A DNA stretch of 64,000 nt from assembly GCA_964035545.1 (NCBI GenBank), contig OZ037768.1, positions 20,629,700 to 20,693,699 on the forward strand, in the 5' to 3' direction. The DNA is from Bugula neritina (lineage: Eukaryota > Animalia > Bryozoa). Shown one piece after another: positions 11,401 through 59,060 of this stretch. How positions within the stretch are numbered: position 1 is the first letter of the stretch; each line of letters opens with the position of its first letter. The position numbers and the translations under genes were made by a program. The notes under the pieces were generated by a model that was not told where the DNA came from, ran no database searches, and saw only the letters and a list, made by a program, of their open reading frames with translations.

Positions 11401-12605
11401 AGTAACCTAAAAGTAAATGGCTCTGATTTACTTGGCTTATAATAATATGTCATATTGATTCACTGGTTGGCATCACATCACTATGTCAAAGGAAACAGTA
11501 GCTGCTTACAAATCACTTTCCAAATGTCAATAACAGAGTATACATATTGAAGAGCTGTGGTCACGTGTGACAAGTCAATAAGTTATTACAAGTCCTAGTC
11601 TAATGGCTGTCTTGTGCTTTCATAGTAAAAGACAACCACAAGAAAGATGCAACGACATGACAGCATGTTAAGGTGTTTGTGACAACGTGCACTTAACTGC
11701 TTACTCAGCATGATCAACTTATATTCTCTACATTTGAAATTTTACCTTCAATAGATTTTAAACTTTTCAGATTATTGGTTTAATGTTAATTATTCATGCC
11801 AGAGTCACACTGCAGGTATATTTACCCTTTAATGTATGGCCCAACATAAATGTGCACAGGCACTGCTAGCCTCATGTTTACATTCCTGCCTTGGTTACAG
11901 CCATCTAATAACAATTATGTCACAGTTTTGGTTTCACATGTCACAGTGTTTTAGGATGTGTAAACAGTTCTTAATTCTTTTCCCAAATGCAGTTTTTCAT
12001 GGCTTACTGATAATTGATCGCTACTGCTAATTTAAATTACACAATTAGTTTCAACCATCTTTTGTCTTATGTAAGTGAGTAAACAGCCAGAGTTATACAT
12101 TTCATTTCTTCAACAATAAATTAAATATTAATTTCCTTTCTATTTAGCATGCACACAAATAGTACTTCTAAAGAACAATGAGCAATCGATATTGAGCCAT
12201 TAGCTATATGTGTTGTTAAAAGCTGACAGATTAAAAGGATAGTGACATAAATAAGCATGTCTGCCTATACTACCACTAAGGCATATTATTAAAGTTTCTT
12301 CTATGGGATGCACTTTGATATTATACGACTAGAATAGTATAATTCCAAATGCATTACTGAGATTATCCAAGAATTAAGAATACTGAGTGGAAGTTAAATC
12401 AAGTAAGTGATGACCGGTTTAACCAAGTTAATTGTTATATTATAATTCATAGAATGAATCTAAACTAGGATCAAATGTTGAAGTTGAAGCCTAAATGAAT
12501 TTTCTGAAGAACTACTATGTAATATACTATATAAACCACAGGTAAACATTGTCCTGTTGTAGTATCATCTAGTGAGAGATTCAAATTAGAAATGCTCGTA
12601 AGACT

Positions 12606-15600
12606 ATGGTGGAGCCTAGAGTTACAAGAAGATTACCTGTTATCAGAACATTAAAGAAAAAGGAAGAACCAAAGCCTCAGACAGTACCTACAGTATTACC
12701 AAGAATTCCGACGAGAATACGAGGTCCACCCTTAATAATAGGACGGCTGTCTTCAGCCCAAAGGCTACGTAGAGACAAGACATTTCACTCTGCCAGCACA
12801 CCTGTAGGCAAGGCTTTAGTAGAGTTGGAGCATGAGTTCCTCACTGTGAGTGACGTTCAAGTCGGGGAGGTGCTAGATAGAGTCAATTCTTTTATCTATA
12901 CAATAGCCCATCGGATAAATAAGAACAGACACAACTTAAAATTTGGAGAGCTATATTTTAGCGGGCCAGCTTTAAACAACTTAAGCACTAAACTCAACTT
13001 CAGTCATTTAAATCTGTATTTTCCCCTCAAGTTTAAAGAATTTAGACTAAGAGACACACATGAAGGTTATACTAAAATTTATTTAAATCGAAATCCCAGC
13101 TATGACCGGTTTCAGTCTATTAGATCGAACTCACACAAGAACCTTGTTTCACCAATCAAGATATCTGCCGCAATTCATGAGATGATGACTCACATATGCC
13201 AGAGTGTGGGACGGGGTACCGTGCTCCCCTTTGATGATAACCCCTCGCACTATGGAGAGGGTGGCTATCAAGTTGTAGTACTGTTAGATGATTACATCAG
13301 ACTCACTGTAATACCCACTTTACACATCAAGTTACAGAAAAGAGAAGTGGATGAAACGATAATTGTAGCCAAACCATATCTATTTGATAAAGATCCTGAG
13401 AGTGATACACTGTGGAGGTCGGTACATTTAATTTCATAAAAGAGAAATTTTTGGGCTGTGGCAACTGATTTCAAAAAGCATTTAAAAAAGAATAAATTGT
13501 TATCTGTATTTCTAGGGAACTAGTCATTATGTAATGAATAATGCATATTTTATGTACCAAATTAAAAGTGTTCTACCACCAGTGGGTTTACAACTTCTTA
13601 ATTTTAACGAACATAATGTCTTATACACTATTACAATATAACATTATATTCAGGTACAAATATGATGTTTGGTGGGAATTGGTTTAGTAAATTCTAAATT
13701 TTCCAATGATGAGAAAGTGCTAGGTAACAGAAGACGTTTAGTGATGATCAATCACAAATTACTGAGGAAACTGTAAAAAATACTAGTATTTTTTACTTGG
13801 TGACTGATCTGAAGTCTAACTCGCTGCCAGATTATCAATATATCATTCTATGTCATATTACTCATTATGCTGATAACTCTAGTATGATAACTCTAGTATG
13901 ATATATAGAATGACATTATTAGTCTCTTACACAGCTCTGAACAAAGCATTCAGCCCACAAGCTATAAGTACTCTTTGTCTGGTGACTCACTAATTGCAAA
14001 AATGTGATCAAATAAGAAATGATCTGAAAGTCTCAATAAACTAGAAAATTAAGACTTTTGCTCAGCTAAGAGTTTAGCTTTTGATTTGGAAAATTTCTTT
14101 TAAGACACATACCATTTTTTGAGTTGAAAACCTGTGCTTTCTAAACCACATAAGTGTATATTCAAAAGTAATTAAATGATTTAATATATACTATAAAGTG
14201 GTCATATAAACTGATTACACGAGGCAGCAAGCAGTAGATGCATCAAGTGTTGCTGACTTACTGTCTATATCTATGCACAATCTATTTTTTTTATACAGGT
14301 ATGACAACCCCAGTAAAGCTAAAAGGTTGCTTACAACTATGAACCATGCAGATAGGGGGACTCGAAGTAGAGCCCTCTGTCTGCTACACATTTGCTGTAT
14401 GTTGGATCCAGTGCTACAACTATGCCCGCATGTAAGTGGCTTTAAGAAGTGTAACGGGGGCTTCAGGAGGCTACATATAAGCTACAATAAACTACACGAA
14501 TCTTCTAAGATATTGTCGGATATTAAAGTTTGCTGCACAAAAATGAACCAGCAATAATTGCAGTGTCAAGGATTTAAATATTTAGTGAGTCATATCTTAG
14601 GTGATATGAGATGCTGCTCCAACTAAAAAATAATACAATATTGTGAAGTAAAGAGGAGTTGTCTTCTATTAATGTAAGACGGGTGCTAATCATAGCTGTG
14701 CAGTAGAACTTGTCTTCTAGTTTGATAGAGACTGTATGGAACAACTTTCCTTAATGGTCTTGTACATATTAAATTGAAAGCTCCTTGCTTCAATTATATT
14801 GCTGTAGTAATTCAAGAATTAATTTTTTTTAATCAACTAGTACCATTTGGTGAATAAGTATCATACCTGTTTGAAAAAAGTCTTTATAACGTTTTAATTA
14901 GTTTGCAGGAGCTGATTTAGGACATAATAATGAAAGTAATTGTACAACAAGTCATCAAATAAATGTCTATGACTATAATAATTTGACTATAGAGTACATA
15001 GTCTATTATAAGGATGTAATGAATAACTACCCACAGGGGTTTATGCAGAGCAATTTATTACATATAATTCCTATTTGTTTTAGGAGTTTGTCAGTATGGT
15101 AATGTTCAACACATTTGATGAGGATGTTGACCAGCTACCCTCATGGCAAATGGAAGACTTGGAGAAATGTTTCATGAAAATATTAACTTGCTGGCATCAG
15201 TATATGGTGGGTATTGATATGATTGCTGAAACTATTGAGATACAGGGCAGGTACCCTGAGCAAATTGAATGAAAGTTTTGCACAATTTAACACAGATCTC
15301 ATCATGAGATATAATTTTTCTGCAGTGAATATAATACTGTGACTGAACCTACTCAGAACTAGGTGCCAACAAAGTAGGACATCACCTAAGCGTCCTCAAC
15401 AAGGATTTAGTTCTGAATATTGCTATTATCTATGGACAATATTGCATACAATTTGGATATTAACTAAAATAGTCAGCTGAATCATGGGAAGACAACTTCT
15501 CCAGTTTTAGGCTATGAGCATATAGTTCTTTGACTGTTAGATCGATCAAGGCCGCTTCAGGCTCTAACAAAAGTTGCCTGGCACATATTTCATTGTGATT

Positions 15601-15904
15601 AATAAAATTAGCCAAAGTCAATTTATTAAAATAACTATAGTTTGCCCTTTGCATAAATTGCTGTAATAACTCAAAAGGCATATAGTTGTCAGAAACTGAT
15701 TTTTCTATATGAACTAACACAAAATATTAATATTTTTCACAGATCAGTGGTGTATTGGAGCATCCTTTCATAGCAGGATTAAACTGCCTTGCTAAAATGG
15801 AGGAGAAAGACAGATTACTGATCAGAAACAGAATAGCAAGGCTAATAGGCAACAAACGAGAATTGGTGAGATTGCTTCAACTAAGGACAGTGAGCACTCA
15901 GTAG
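12606..15904 (+). CDS. Mab-21 domain / cGAS-like receptor (cGLR) family protein, ~409 aa, degenerate catalytic site
   Basis: Exons 12606-13417, 14299-14431, 15084-15206, 15743-15904 (GT-AG, frame-consistent). Mab-21-like motifs in the right order: YFSGPA, NLYFPL, TVIPTL, LWR, RSRALCLLH, W...LEKCF, LEHPFIAGLNCL. Confidence 0.8.
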
Positions 15905-16592
15905 ACACCATCATTATAACAGCAGAAGTGGTTTCCACTTTGCATCTTCAATAGGATGGACTGTCGCACTATTTACTTGTTTTGGGCGACACAAAAGGCA
16001 AACACTTGCAACTACCTGCTCATGATTCAGGCAGTTTCTCTCTAGATGAATGCTTCATCAAACTAGTTACTCATGCCAATTAAAAACAGTTGAAGCAACT
16101 GTTATGAACTATAATTCTTTTCTACATTATTATGCACATATCAACTTATAAAATGTAATAAAAGCAAACACAACTGTTATATTTTATCAATCATTAATTT
16201 TAACTGAAAACTATCTTACTCATATAATTAACTTGCAAAAGTGGTTTACAGATGTGTGTTCAAATAGGAACATAATATTATAAAAGATTTTCTCAGGAAC
16301 AATAACAAGACATGGTACACATAACGACTAAGAAATATTATATTTGAGTATATATAGTTACAGACGTGCACAACAACTAAATCCGCAGAGCTAAGGAAAC
16401 AGCTGAAAAAGGATAGTTTTTATAAAATATACAGTATGTATGAAACGGTATGTACATGTACATATTAGGAAAGTAGTTCTAGAAAGGGCACAACTCCGAG
16501 GTAGAGCAAACGCAGCCAGTGTCATAGAGTCAACAGGTGGTGGCAGGTGACCCTAAATTGGCACGTTCCACCAGCAGTTTCCACCAACAGAA

Positions 16593-18085
<1,493 letters not shown>

Positions 18086-19542
18086 TTTTTAGCTGCATAA
18101 GTAATCAAGAAAACTTTTTAACAGAATAGCCTAACAAAATGTTTTGATGAAAGCCATTTTATTGAACCGATTTAGTGCACCCGCTTAATTTTTAAACTTA
18201 TTTAAAAGTGTGAAACTTTTGCTCACATGCTTATGAACTCCGTAGCATTGAAATTACTTTTGGCGTGAAGAGCATGTTGAGAGAACAGATTGAGGGTTGG
18301 CAAGCTTACTAGACCAAAAAGCATCACTTGGATTGCCATTTGAGAAACTTTAAGGTTTTCAGTTGAAAACCAAATGTTCACCCAAAAAAACCTATATTTG
18401 AATAAACAGCCAGCTTCTAAGTTTTTAATCTACAGCAGAATTAACTCTGTTTGCATTACTTTAGCTAAAGTTGAGTAAATTTTTAGTGTCAGCTATAACT
18501 GACAATTTTGATTATATTAACATTTCATCGTCCGTTATACATTTATTTACTAATAAATCATAGCTAATAACTAAAATTAGTAATTAATAATTACTATTGA
18601 ACGTGACTGACTTTGAGTTGTAACTTAGTAACTCCTTTAACCCTAGCAGTTTTTAGTATTTTGAATTTACTACAATCAATACTAATATTATAATTGCATT
18701 ATAATTATCAACCAATTTACCATTACAATTGTGGATTACTAATTTTCTATTTATAATCACAGTGATTTTGGCTCAGACAAACTACAACTAATGCAATTGC
18801 AATTACTATTATATATACCTCAGGCCTCTGCAGATGCCTGTGGCTATGCATATTGCCATTAATTTATTATGTATATTGACTGAGAGTGATAATCATGACA
18901 GTTATAGTGATGCTGATAGTCATACTCAGTGTCATTTACTTTTAGTGTTTTACTTTTAATCATTAAACTTTGCTGTCATAGACAGCAGTCACTACCACAA
19001 TGATCATGGTAGTTAATGATAATCATAGGATAAGTTCAACTTGTAACAAGTGATAGTGATGATACAATAATATGATAATCATGAGAATGATCGTGAATAT
19101 AAAAACCATAATCATTGAGTATTAGTATTATTATTAAGCCATTGAATGGCCTTGGGCTTGGCATTAGCCGGGGTGTGATACTGATTATCATTATGATTAT
19201 CATTATATCATATTTGATACTCACCAAGAATTAAGTGCTTATGACTACCATTATGATTGTCAATAACATACAACTAAGACGAAGAGCAACTGCAATGACC
19301 AAGTTAAATTTTAACTTGAACTTGAAGTCAAATTCAAAGACTGAAAGTGAAAAATATAATATTAATATTAATAATAATTATAAGACCAAGAGTGGAATTC
19401 AAATTCAAATTGTATTTTAAACTGACAGTTAGTGTTGCTGTTACTCTTAGGTTTTTAAACTGTTAGTGTTACTGTAAGAAAATAACTATAAGCATAAATA
19501 TATCTTATAAATATAAGTAATAGTATAATGAATAACTAATAC

Positions 19543-20111
19543 GTAAAAAGAAAACACTACAAAATAATTTTGAAGGTGTTTGCGCGTGCCCGTAGCAATA
19601 TTTTTCTACCATTGGTACCTATGTGAAAGCGAGTTATTTCGAACTCCGCATAAAGACCAATACTCAATCGGTACGAATTCAAGTCGATACCACAGTCCTC
19701 GTTTCAATCAGAGTTCGGTATTAGGGGAAACGACATCTTCTTTTCAAGCTCTTGCCGCATATAATATGCCTATTTATTATCTCCTCTAACATGAATTGCC
19801 CGCGAAAGTATAAATAGTCTCTAAGCAAATGTGTAAAACATTAAAAAATTTTATTAAAACAATGCAACAAATTTTTTATTTTAATTAAAAAAATCTTTAA
19901 TTAATAAAAATTAAAAAAATAAAACTATGCGTTAAAGCGTAACTAATGAACGAAAGTATTCTGTTATCGACTATTTCGTTTTTTCTCGCCAAATACCAAT
20001 TGCAAAGCTCCGTCTTTATTGTCTTCAGTTTCATCTTGAAAACGATTGGCGTGTTGCTTCTCTACATTTTATTCGACCTATTATATTTACATTTGAGCCG
20101 AACAAGTTAAA
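19543..20111. promoter_or_regulatory. Probable bidirectional promoter of HP1 and the hnRNP A/B gene
   Basis: Putative non-coding HP1 first exon with minus-strand donor at 19542 and acceptor at 18093; CpG-containing flanks around an A/T-tract core (~19840-19925); Inr-like TCAGTT at 20025. Confidence 0.6.
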
Positions 20112-23803
<3,692 letters not shown>

Positions 23804-24377
23804 AAGGTTTGCTTTGCACTCTTGGAGGGTCAGGTAAGTGTATCTACAAGCTTCTAGTTTTGCCATACGCTCAATAACTAATTATTGTGCTGAGCAGTGC
23901 CACTGCTTTAGCTGGCACTGGTATTGTCAGGTAACATCTTAAAGCATGTTGCTGCAGCTTTTTAACAAACTTTAATTAAAAATTGAAGTCATATTGGAAC
24001 TTAGTGTATTGTTTATACTCCATTACTGTGATGTTCTACAGTATACTCACTGTATGATATGTATGTTATGTGTATTTCTATGGTCTATCGTCTAATTTTA
24101 GGTACTTGCTATGCCCACTCTCACTTCTATATATGAATAGTATTGGTAGATATTATTCTACGTGCTACGTCTAACTGTATACCCTACACCAGTATTTGAA
24201 CAGTTAACAGCTACTATCTTAGTCTACTGTATCTACCACCACTACTACTACCACTACTACTCTCATCTGAGTAGCACTCTCTTAGTTATTGTAAATATTT
24301 TACATAGTATAGTAGACATTTGATTTTGTCATCTTGGTAATGTCTAATTGCTGCTGCATATTACATCTTGTAATACA

Positions 24378-24383
24378 AATAAA
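24378..24383 (+). terminator. Probable polyadenylation signal of the hnRNP gene
   Basis: AATAAA followed by T/GT-rich sequence, downstream of the predicted last exon. Confidence 0.5.
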
Positions 24384-26861
24384 TGCCTGTATATAAACTA
24401 TTTGTATTTGTATTGCTTATGCATATTTATATAAGATATTGTAAACTACGTAGTATAATGTAAACAGTAATGGCTGGGTTTGAAGAAATATAATGAAATT
24501 AATATCTGATGATTTTCTACACTGCAGAATAAATGTAATCATATCCACTATCTAGTCTGTGATGGTCTGTATAAAGCTGTAAAAAGTATGCTAATACCCC
24601 CACGACATTAACTAGTGCTCTCTCGGTATTGCTACATCTTAAACTATGCTGTTAATAACTGTTAATAACTATGTAATAACTAGCAGTAGCTCATTATTTG
24701 TTATTTCCAAGACTTGCACTAGGACATTTTAATTTACAAATGCAACAACTATTGTGAGACATATTTTAAAAGTGCTCCTAATTTATTATTACGTTCAGAT
24801 TGAAATCTAAATATAATATTATTGGTTAACTCTGAAGCATTTCTCAGTAAGTGTAGCAGGTTTGCTGGGAATGAAAGGTTAAAGATACTGTAAAGTACTG
24901 TAATGATAAGATTACACTACATGTATTACAATATACAGATAACTGTAGAATACCTATCAGCTATTCACTTATACGTCTAAGGTAAGCTATCATATGTAGT
25001 AGCTCTAGATTCTACATTTACTTAAAAAGTACTCTTAATTTCTTAAATATTTAGGTCAGCTCTAGCTATTTTTAAGACCATTTCGTTTACTGAGTTTTTT
25101 TTATAAAAATCAAGCTGTTAATGATGAGTTAAATTCTTTTACCTGCTTGTGATATTTTGAATTATGTAATCTGCTATTGGCTAAAACTGGTGTCTTGAAA
25201 TCGTTTAAATTGGTGCTGCAGATTGAGCTGTTGGCCTTGTGTTGGTCAAGATTTCCTTTAAAGAACTGATTCCATCCGAGTACGAAAACTCCTAAAGGTA
25301 TGCCAGGATAAGATGTATTACAGATTTGAACTTGATATAAGTATCCATTGCCAGGAAGGATTCCTACTGATTGGCTATTAGTTCTCTTGCGTCATTGTTC
25401 AGACAATTTGAAAACAGAAGCTGCCTAAATAGCCAACCCTCGCCTCTTGAGCATATTTTGATGTGGAGACATATGACTCTCCTGGTATGCTGCCAAGTTG
25501 ATTATAATAACAGCATCTTCTGATAGTTTATACTATCTAGTATGTTGCTACAGAATATATATACTACATTTACTTGAACAGAGCCATCAATTTCAACTTG
25601 CTTCATGTTGGAATTAAAATTTGCAAATGATGACTTACTTTGAAATGAAAAAAATTGCAGGCTCTAGCAGCTTTTTGCATATTTCAAGAAAGTGCAAATC
25701 ATCACCAAGTGCTTCTAAATACTCGAACTTTATTGAAAGTGTTTCATTCGATATGACTCATCAACTCCGTGTAGCTGGACTACTCATTCAAGAGTCTGTA
25801 ACTTAGGGCAGGTTCCAATGCTGTGTCTGATTGTCTGTGCTCTCTGCTCTGTTACATTATTGTGTTTTCTGTGCTGATTGCATCTTCATTGTGTTGCAGG
25901 AATTGCTATTTGGGTGGCTGTAAAATGGCTTGTTCCATTATTGGAAAGAAAGACAACTAAAATTAGTAGGATGGCTTTTAACACGGACTGGAATTACTTG
26001 AGTGTGGATGTTTCTACTACTGTACCTAATGCAGATTTCTAGTTGTTGCAACTGAGTAGTAATACGTCCACTCATGCACATATGCAGCACGATACAGTCA
26101 ATTAATGTTATAGTCCATGTTTTGGGTTTTTTCATAATTTTTATCTGGTAGTCATTCTACTATTTATGGTTAATGTATGCCAGATTAAGTGGTGTTATTC
26201 TTGTTGTGCGTTGAACAGAACTCTTTTGATGTATACATATATTTTATTATAAATTCACTAAATAAATAAATATCCATAATAGTTTGACTGTTTATTTAGA
26301 GATTCTACACAATATAGGCTGATTACTAAATGTGGTATTACAATACAATGTAGATATATTTCCAGCTTCATGTATGCCTGATAAATTTTGATTTGACAGT
26401 CTTCAACAAAAACAAAATTAGGCAAGCATTTTACTAGCATCTATCTAGTAAAACTTCATTTGCAAACACACTGTTGAGTGATGTATTGTACATACCAGTA
26501 AAGAGAATGATAGGATCCCAATGGCTGTCACTACATTTAAAATGATTCCTCCAAAACTGTTTCACATGTAAAATATTATTACATTCTTGAATATTGAATA
26601 GCTGTGCACACATACAGCTGAAAACATAATATGCCAAATACAAATCTGTTTAAAGCACGCTGCACAATGGCTGGAACGCCATGTAATATAAGCTCTCTAT
26701 GATTTATACTAGTTAGCTAACACATGGCTACACTGTCCTAACTAACACTACATAACGCACGGCTTTAAATAATAATATGCACTTCATATTATAATATCCT
26801 CGTGCATGATGCTATTTTATTGGGGCTGGTGTTTTGATATACTATTTGGAGTTGTCATATC

Positions 26862-49574
<22,713 letters not shown>

Positions 49575-52192
49575 ATTTGGTTGTTAGCAAAAACCTTAGC
49601 AATTCAACGTAGCAGTGAGTTCACCCATAGAGCGGTGTAGAGTTTAACTTTTGTTGAAGAGCTCAATTCTAATCAAAAATGAGCCTCACACAAATGCTTA
49701 CAATTATATGAGTTCAGTTTTAACAGCATTTTTGTTGACTTGCCTTATCTTAAATGTCGTCATAATAACTTGGAATTATCATGCATCGTGTCATGCAGTC
49801 ACACGAATACAATGACAAAAGTGTAATGAAGTTTGAAGGACATTTTGGATGACAAATGGTTACTGTAACATGGTTCATCAATTCCTTTGCAGACATATTT
49901 TATGATTACTGAAGAGCGAATAGAACTTGTGGTATTCAAGCTGTGATGTGGGTGAATGATCATTAACATGGGTTAATTTCTTATATCAGAAACTTTAAAA
50001 GGTTTGTAGTTGCTCCACCAAATTTTGTTTCTGGTTGGCAACATTCTTAACAAAAACTCTTTTTTAGATTTTCTCCATATTTCCTCTTTAGGTTTTCGTT
50101 AAAATAATTATTTACAAACAATCTAAAACATGACATACGCTTTGTATACCTGTTTATAGTATTCTCCTTAAGGTTTTAATTAAAGTATTTATTGCAAAAC
50201 CATATAAGTTCTAAAACATGACATACACTTTTATATACACAAACAGTGATAGCTATTTGATATGCTTACTCCATGTTTTACTGATATTTACAAAATGGTA
50301 GACTTGTTTGGTTAATTCAGGCCATCCCTGCCACGATAGTGTTGGGTTATTCGCTTGCATATGCATGTATCAACTATCCATAATATAGTAATTATAGTCT
50401 TAAGTGAAATACAAACCATGTGTTTGGAGTATTTAGACAAATTTAATCTGTTTGCTAAATGCTATGCTTACGACAGTATAAATTGCAGCAGTTTTCTTTT
50501 GCAATGCAGGAAATTTCCTCTATTATAGTGAGTAGTTTAAGTCATCACTACAAAGTTAGGGTGTTTAACAAATGTTCCAATAAACTACTAACAACATACG
50601 CACTAAGAGGTGAAGTGGGGAGTCAATGCCATCTTAAAACAAATTACTGCAGAATGCACACTAATAGAAAACATAAAAGTGTTATCAGCAGCTCAAAGCT
50701 TAATATTAGGGTGTTAAAACTGTCATTGACCAGTCACATGACCACCCAAGTTGAATACACAAGCAAGTGCCCAAGGTGACAGGTCATCCTCCTACCCTCA
50801 ACTCTACATATCTCACCCGAACAGGTCATAGACTCATTGATAATAAAATTATATTGAATGAAATTTGAGTTTAGAGGACAATCCAGAAATTACTAGAGTT
50901 AGTATTATAATAGTTTTAAATTGCAGGACTCATTGTTATATTTCATTTTTGATCTTATTTTACAGATTTCATAAATACATGGTATTTTATTTATATTGTA
51001 TAGCAAATATGGAAATATGTTTTTACCTGTATGCAAGATAATAGTGCTGAACTAATGTGTGTTTAGTGTTTAGGACTTTAAATATATTTTCTTTGTGTAT
51101 TTATCAAACTTTTTCGGTAATCAAACAATAGCTCTCCTTTACATATAATTATAACACCAATATCACAGTACAACAGATATGCTATTATATATATATATAT
51201 ATATAATAGCCCACTAATAAAGTACAAGTCAACAGGCATGCTAGAGTTCTCTTGATACAGTACCTATTACTTTACTTTTTCACCATTTATGGTAATTAAT
51301 CATTTTTTGATGTTGTAATCAGGTGACATTCTATTGAATTATCTGCAAGTGAAAAATCTTCATCCACCACAGCGGCACGTGCCAGTGAGTGCCATTCTAG
51401 TGCCTAGATACCTGTTGTTAATTTTACATTTCCAGACATTTATTAACCTTATTTTTATAAGCAATATATTTTGTTTGATATAGTCTCCAGAACATTTAAA
51501 AGGCAGAAAATATATTTATGTCTACTATAGTTTTCTAGACTCTGAGCTATTTGTGGTATTTTAAGCAGAATAAAAGATTTATTAGCTTCAGAAGAACATA
51601 GTCTTTACCTACAGATAGGCAAAATCATAGGGGGGAGGGGGGCCTTAAAGCTCATAATATATTATTATAACTCAAAACTCATCCTGGCTTTGTGTGAAGC
51701 TGAAATATCTAACAGTTTATAAGCTAAAAGGTATTTCCTTATAGAAAATAAACTATGTGGGCCATGGTGGTGTCATGCAGACTAAGAGAAAGAGTGTGAA
51801 AATTTGAAAATGTGGAAGTTGGCCATACAAATGATAGTAACTGCATGTAATGGGAGTAGATTTATTATTTTATAACAAAATGAACAGAATACTTTAAAAA
51901 CCGAGCCATATGTAGCTTTACAAACACAATGCAAAAACATTACAACAAGAAAATAAGTTTAATAAGAATTACAATGGAAGACTCTGTATCATTACAACCA
52001 ACAGTTGAAGCTATGTTGTGAGTGAGCCAAGGGAAGTGGCCCAAATACCCTGATAGTATGTATACATGGATAACAACTCAAAAAACATTACAGTAAGCCA
52101 TGTAGTCACCGGCAAAGAATTCAATAACTGCAACTGGCAAGAAATCAGCGAAATACAAGAATTTGAAGAAATAATCCGGAAGTGGAATGAGT

Positions 52193-58112
<5,920 letters not shown>

Positions 58113-58585
58113 TTTGATTTACAGGACAGCAACACTTACTACAAGTTATGGACACCAAACACTGTGTATTATTCCACACTACATACTAGTTAGTGAACAT
58201 AGTTTAATATGTTAGATTAATTCATTTTCAGCAATTGGCAGGAAAATGAAAGGTTGTTACTAATTATGCACATCAAACAATTGTATCAAATATCACAGGT
58301 GAACACACATTAGATTAAAGGTGAACTTCAAATCAACAGCCTTTTCAAGGTTCAAACTTTATTGTCACAGCATTGAGCATAAACTCAAGGCATGAACACA
58401 TATAGGTAGGTGAACTGATTAGATCAAACAACAACTTTTAGATTTTGCAACTGCAACATTTCGTTTGTCCTTTATTCTCAACACACTTTTAGACAAAAAC
58501 TCATGTTGAAAGAAGTGCTCCAGGCATCAAATTAGTCGGCATTCAACAGATTGTTACCGGAGAATGATCAATTGAAAATCTAATC

Positions 58586-59060
58586 TGCTAGAGTAGACTG
58601 ATATACTATGAAGGTGCTAGAGTAGACTGATATACTATAAAGGTGCTAGAGTAGACTGATATACTATGAAGGTGCTAGAGTAGACTGATATACTATGAAG
58701 GTGCTAGAGTAGAATGCTATACTATAAAGGTGCTAGAGTAGACTGCTATACTATGAAGGTGCTAGAGTAGACTGATATACTATGAAGGTGCTAGAGTAGA
58801 CTGATATACTATGAAGGTGCTAGAGTAGAATGCTATACTATGAAGGTGCTAGAGTAGAATGCTATACTATGAAGGTGCTAGAGTAGACTGATATACTATG
58901 AAGGTGCTAGAGTAGACTGATATACTATGAAGGTGCTAGAGTAGAATGCTATACTATAAAGGTGCTAGAGTAGACTGCTATACTATGAAGGTGCTAGAGT
59001 AGACTGATATACTATGAAGGTGCTAGAGTAGAATGCTATACTATGAAGGTGCTAGAGTAG
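58586..59060. repeat. 29-bp minisatellite, ~16 copies
   Basis: Unit TGCTAGAGTAGACTGATATACTATGAAGG. Confidence 0.97.

Noticed and set aside
25143-25291. Open minus-strand exon-like segment with AG/GT borders
   Set aside because: No recognisable protein and neighbouring candidate exons contain stops; cannot be built into a gene
58586-59060. 29-bp array as a CRISPR
   Set aside because: Units are contiguous with no unique spacers
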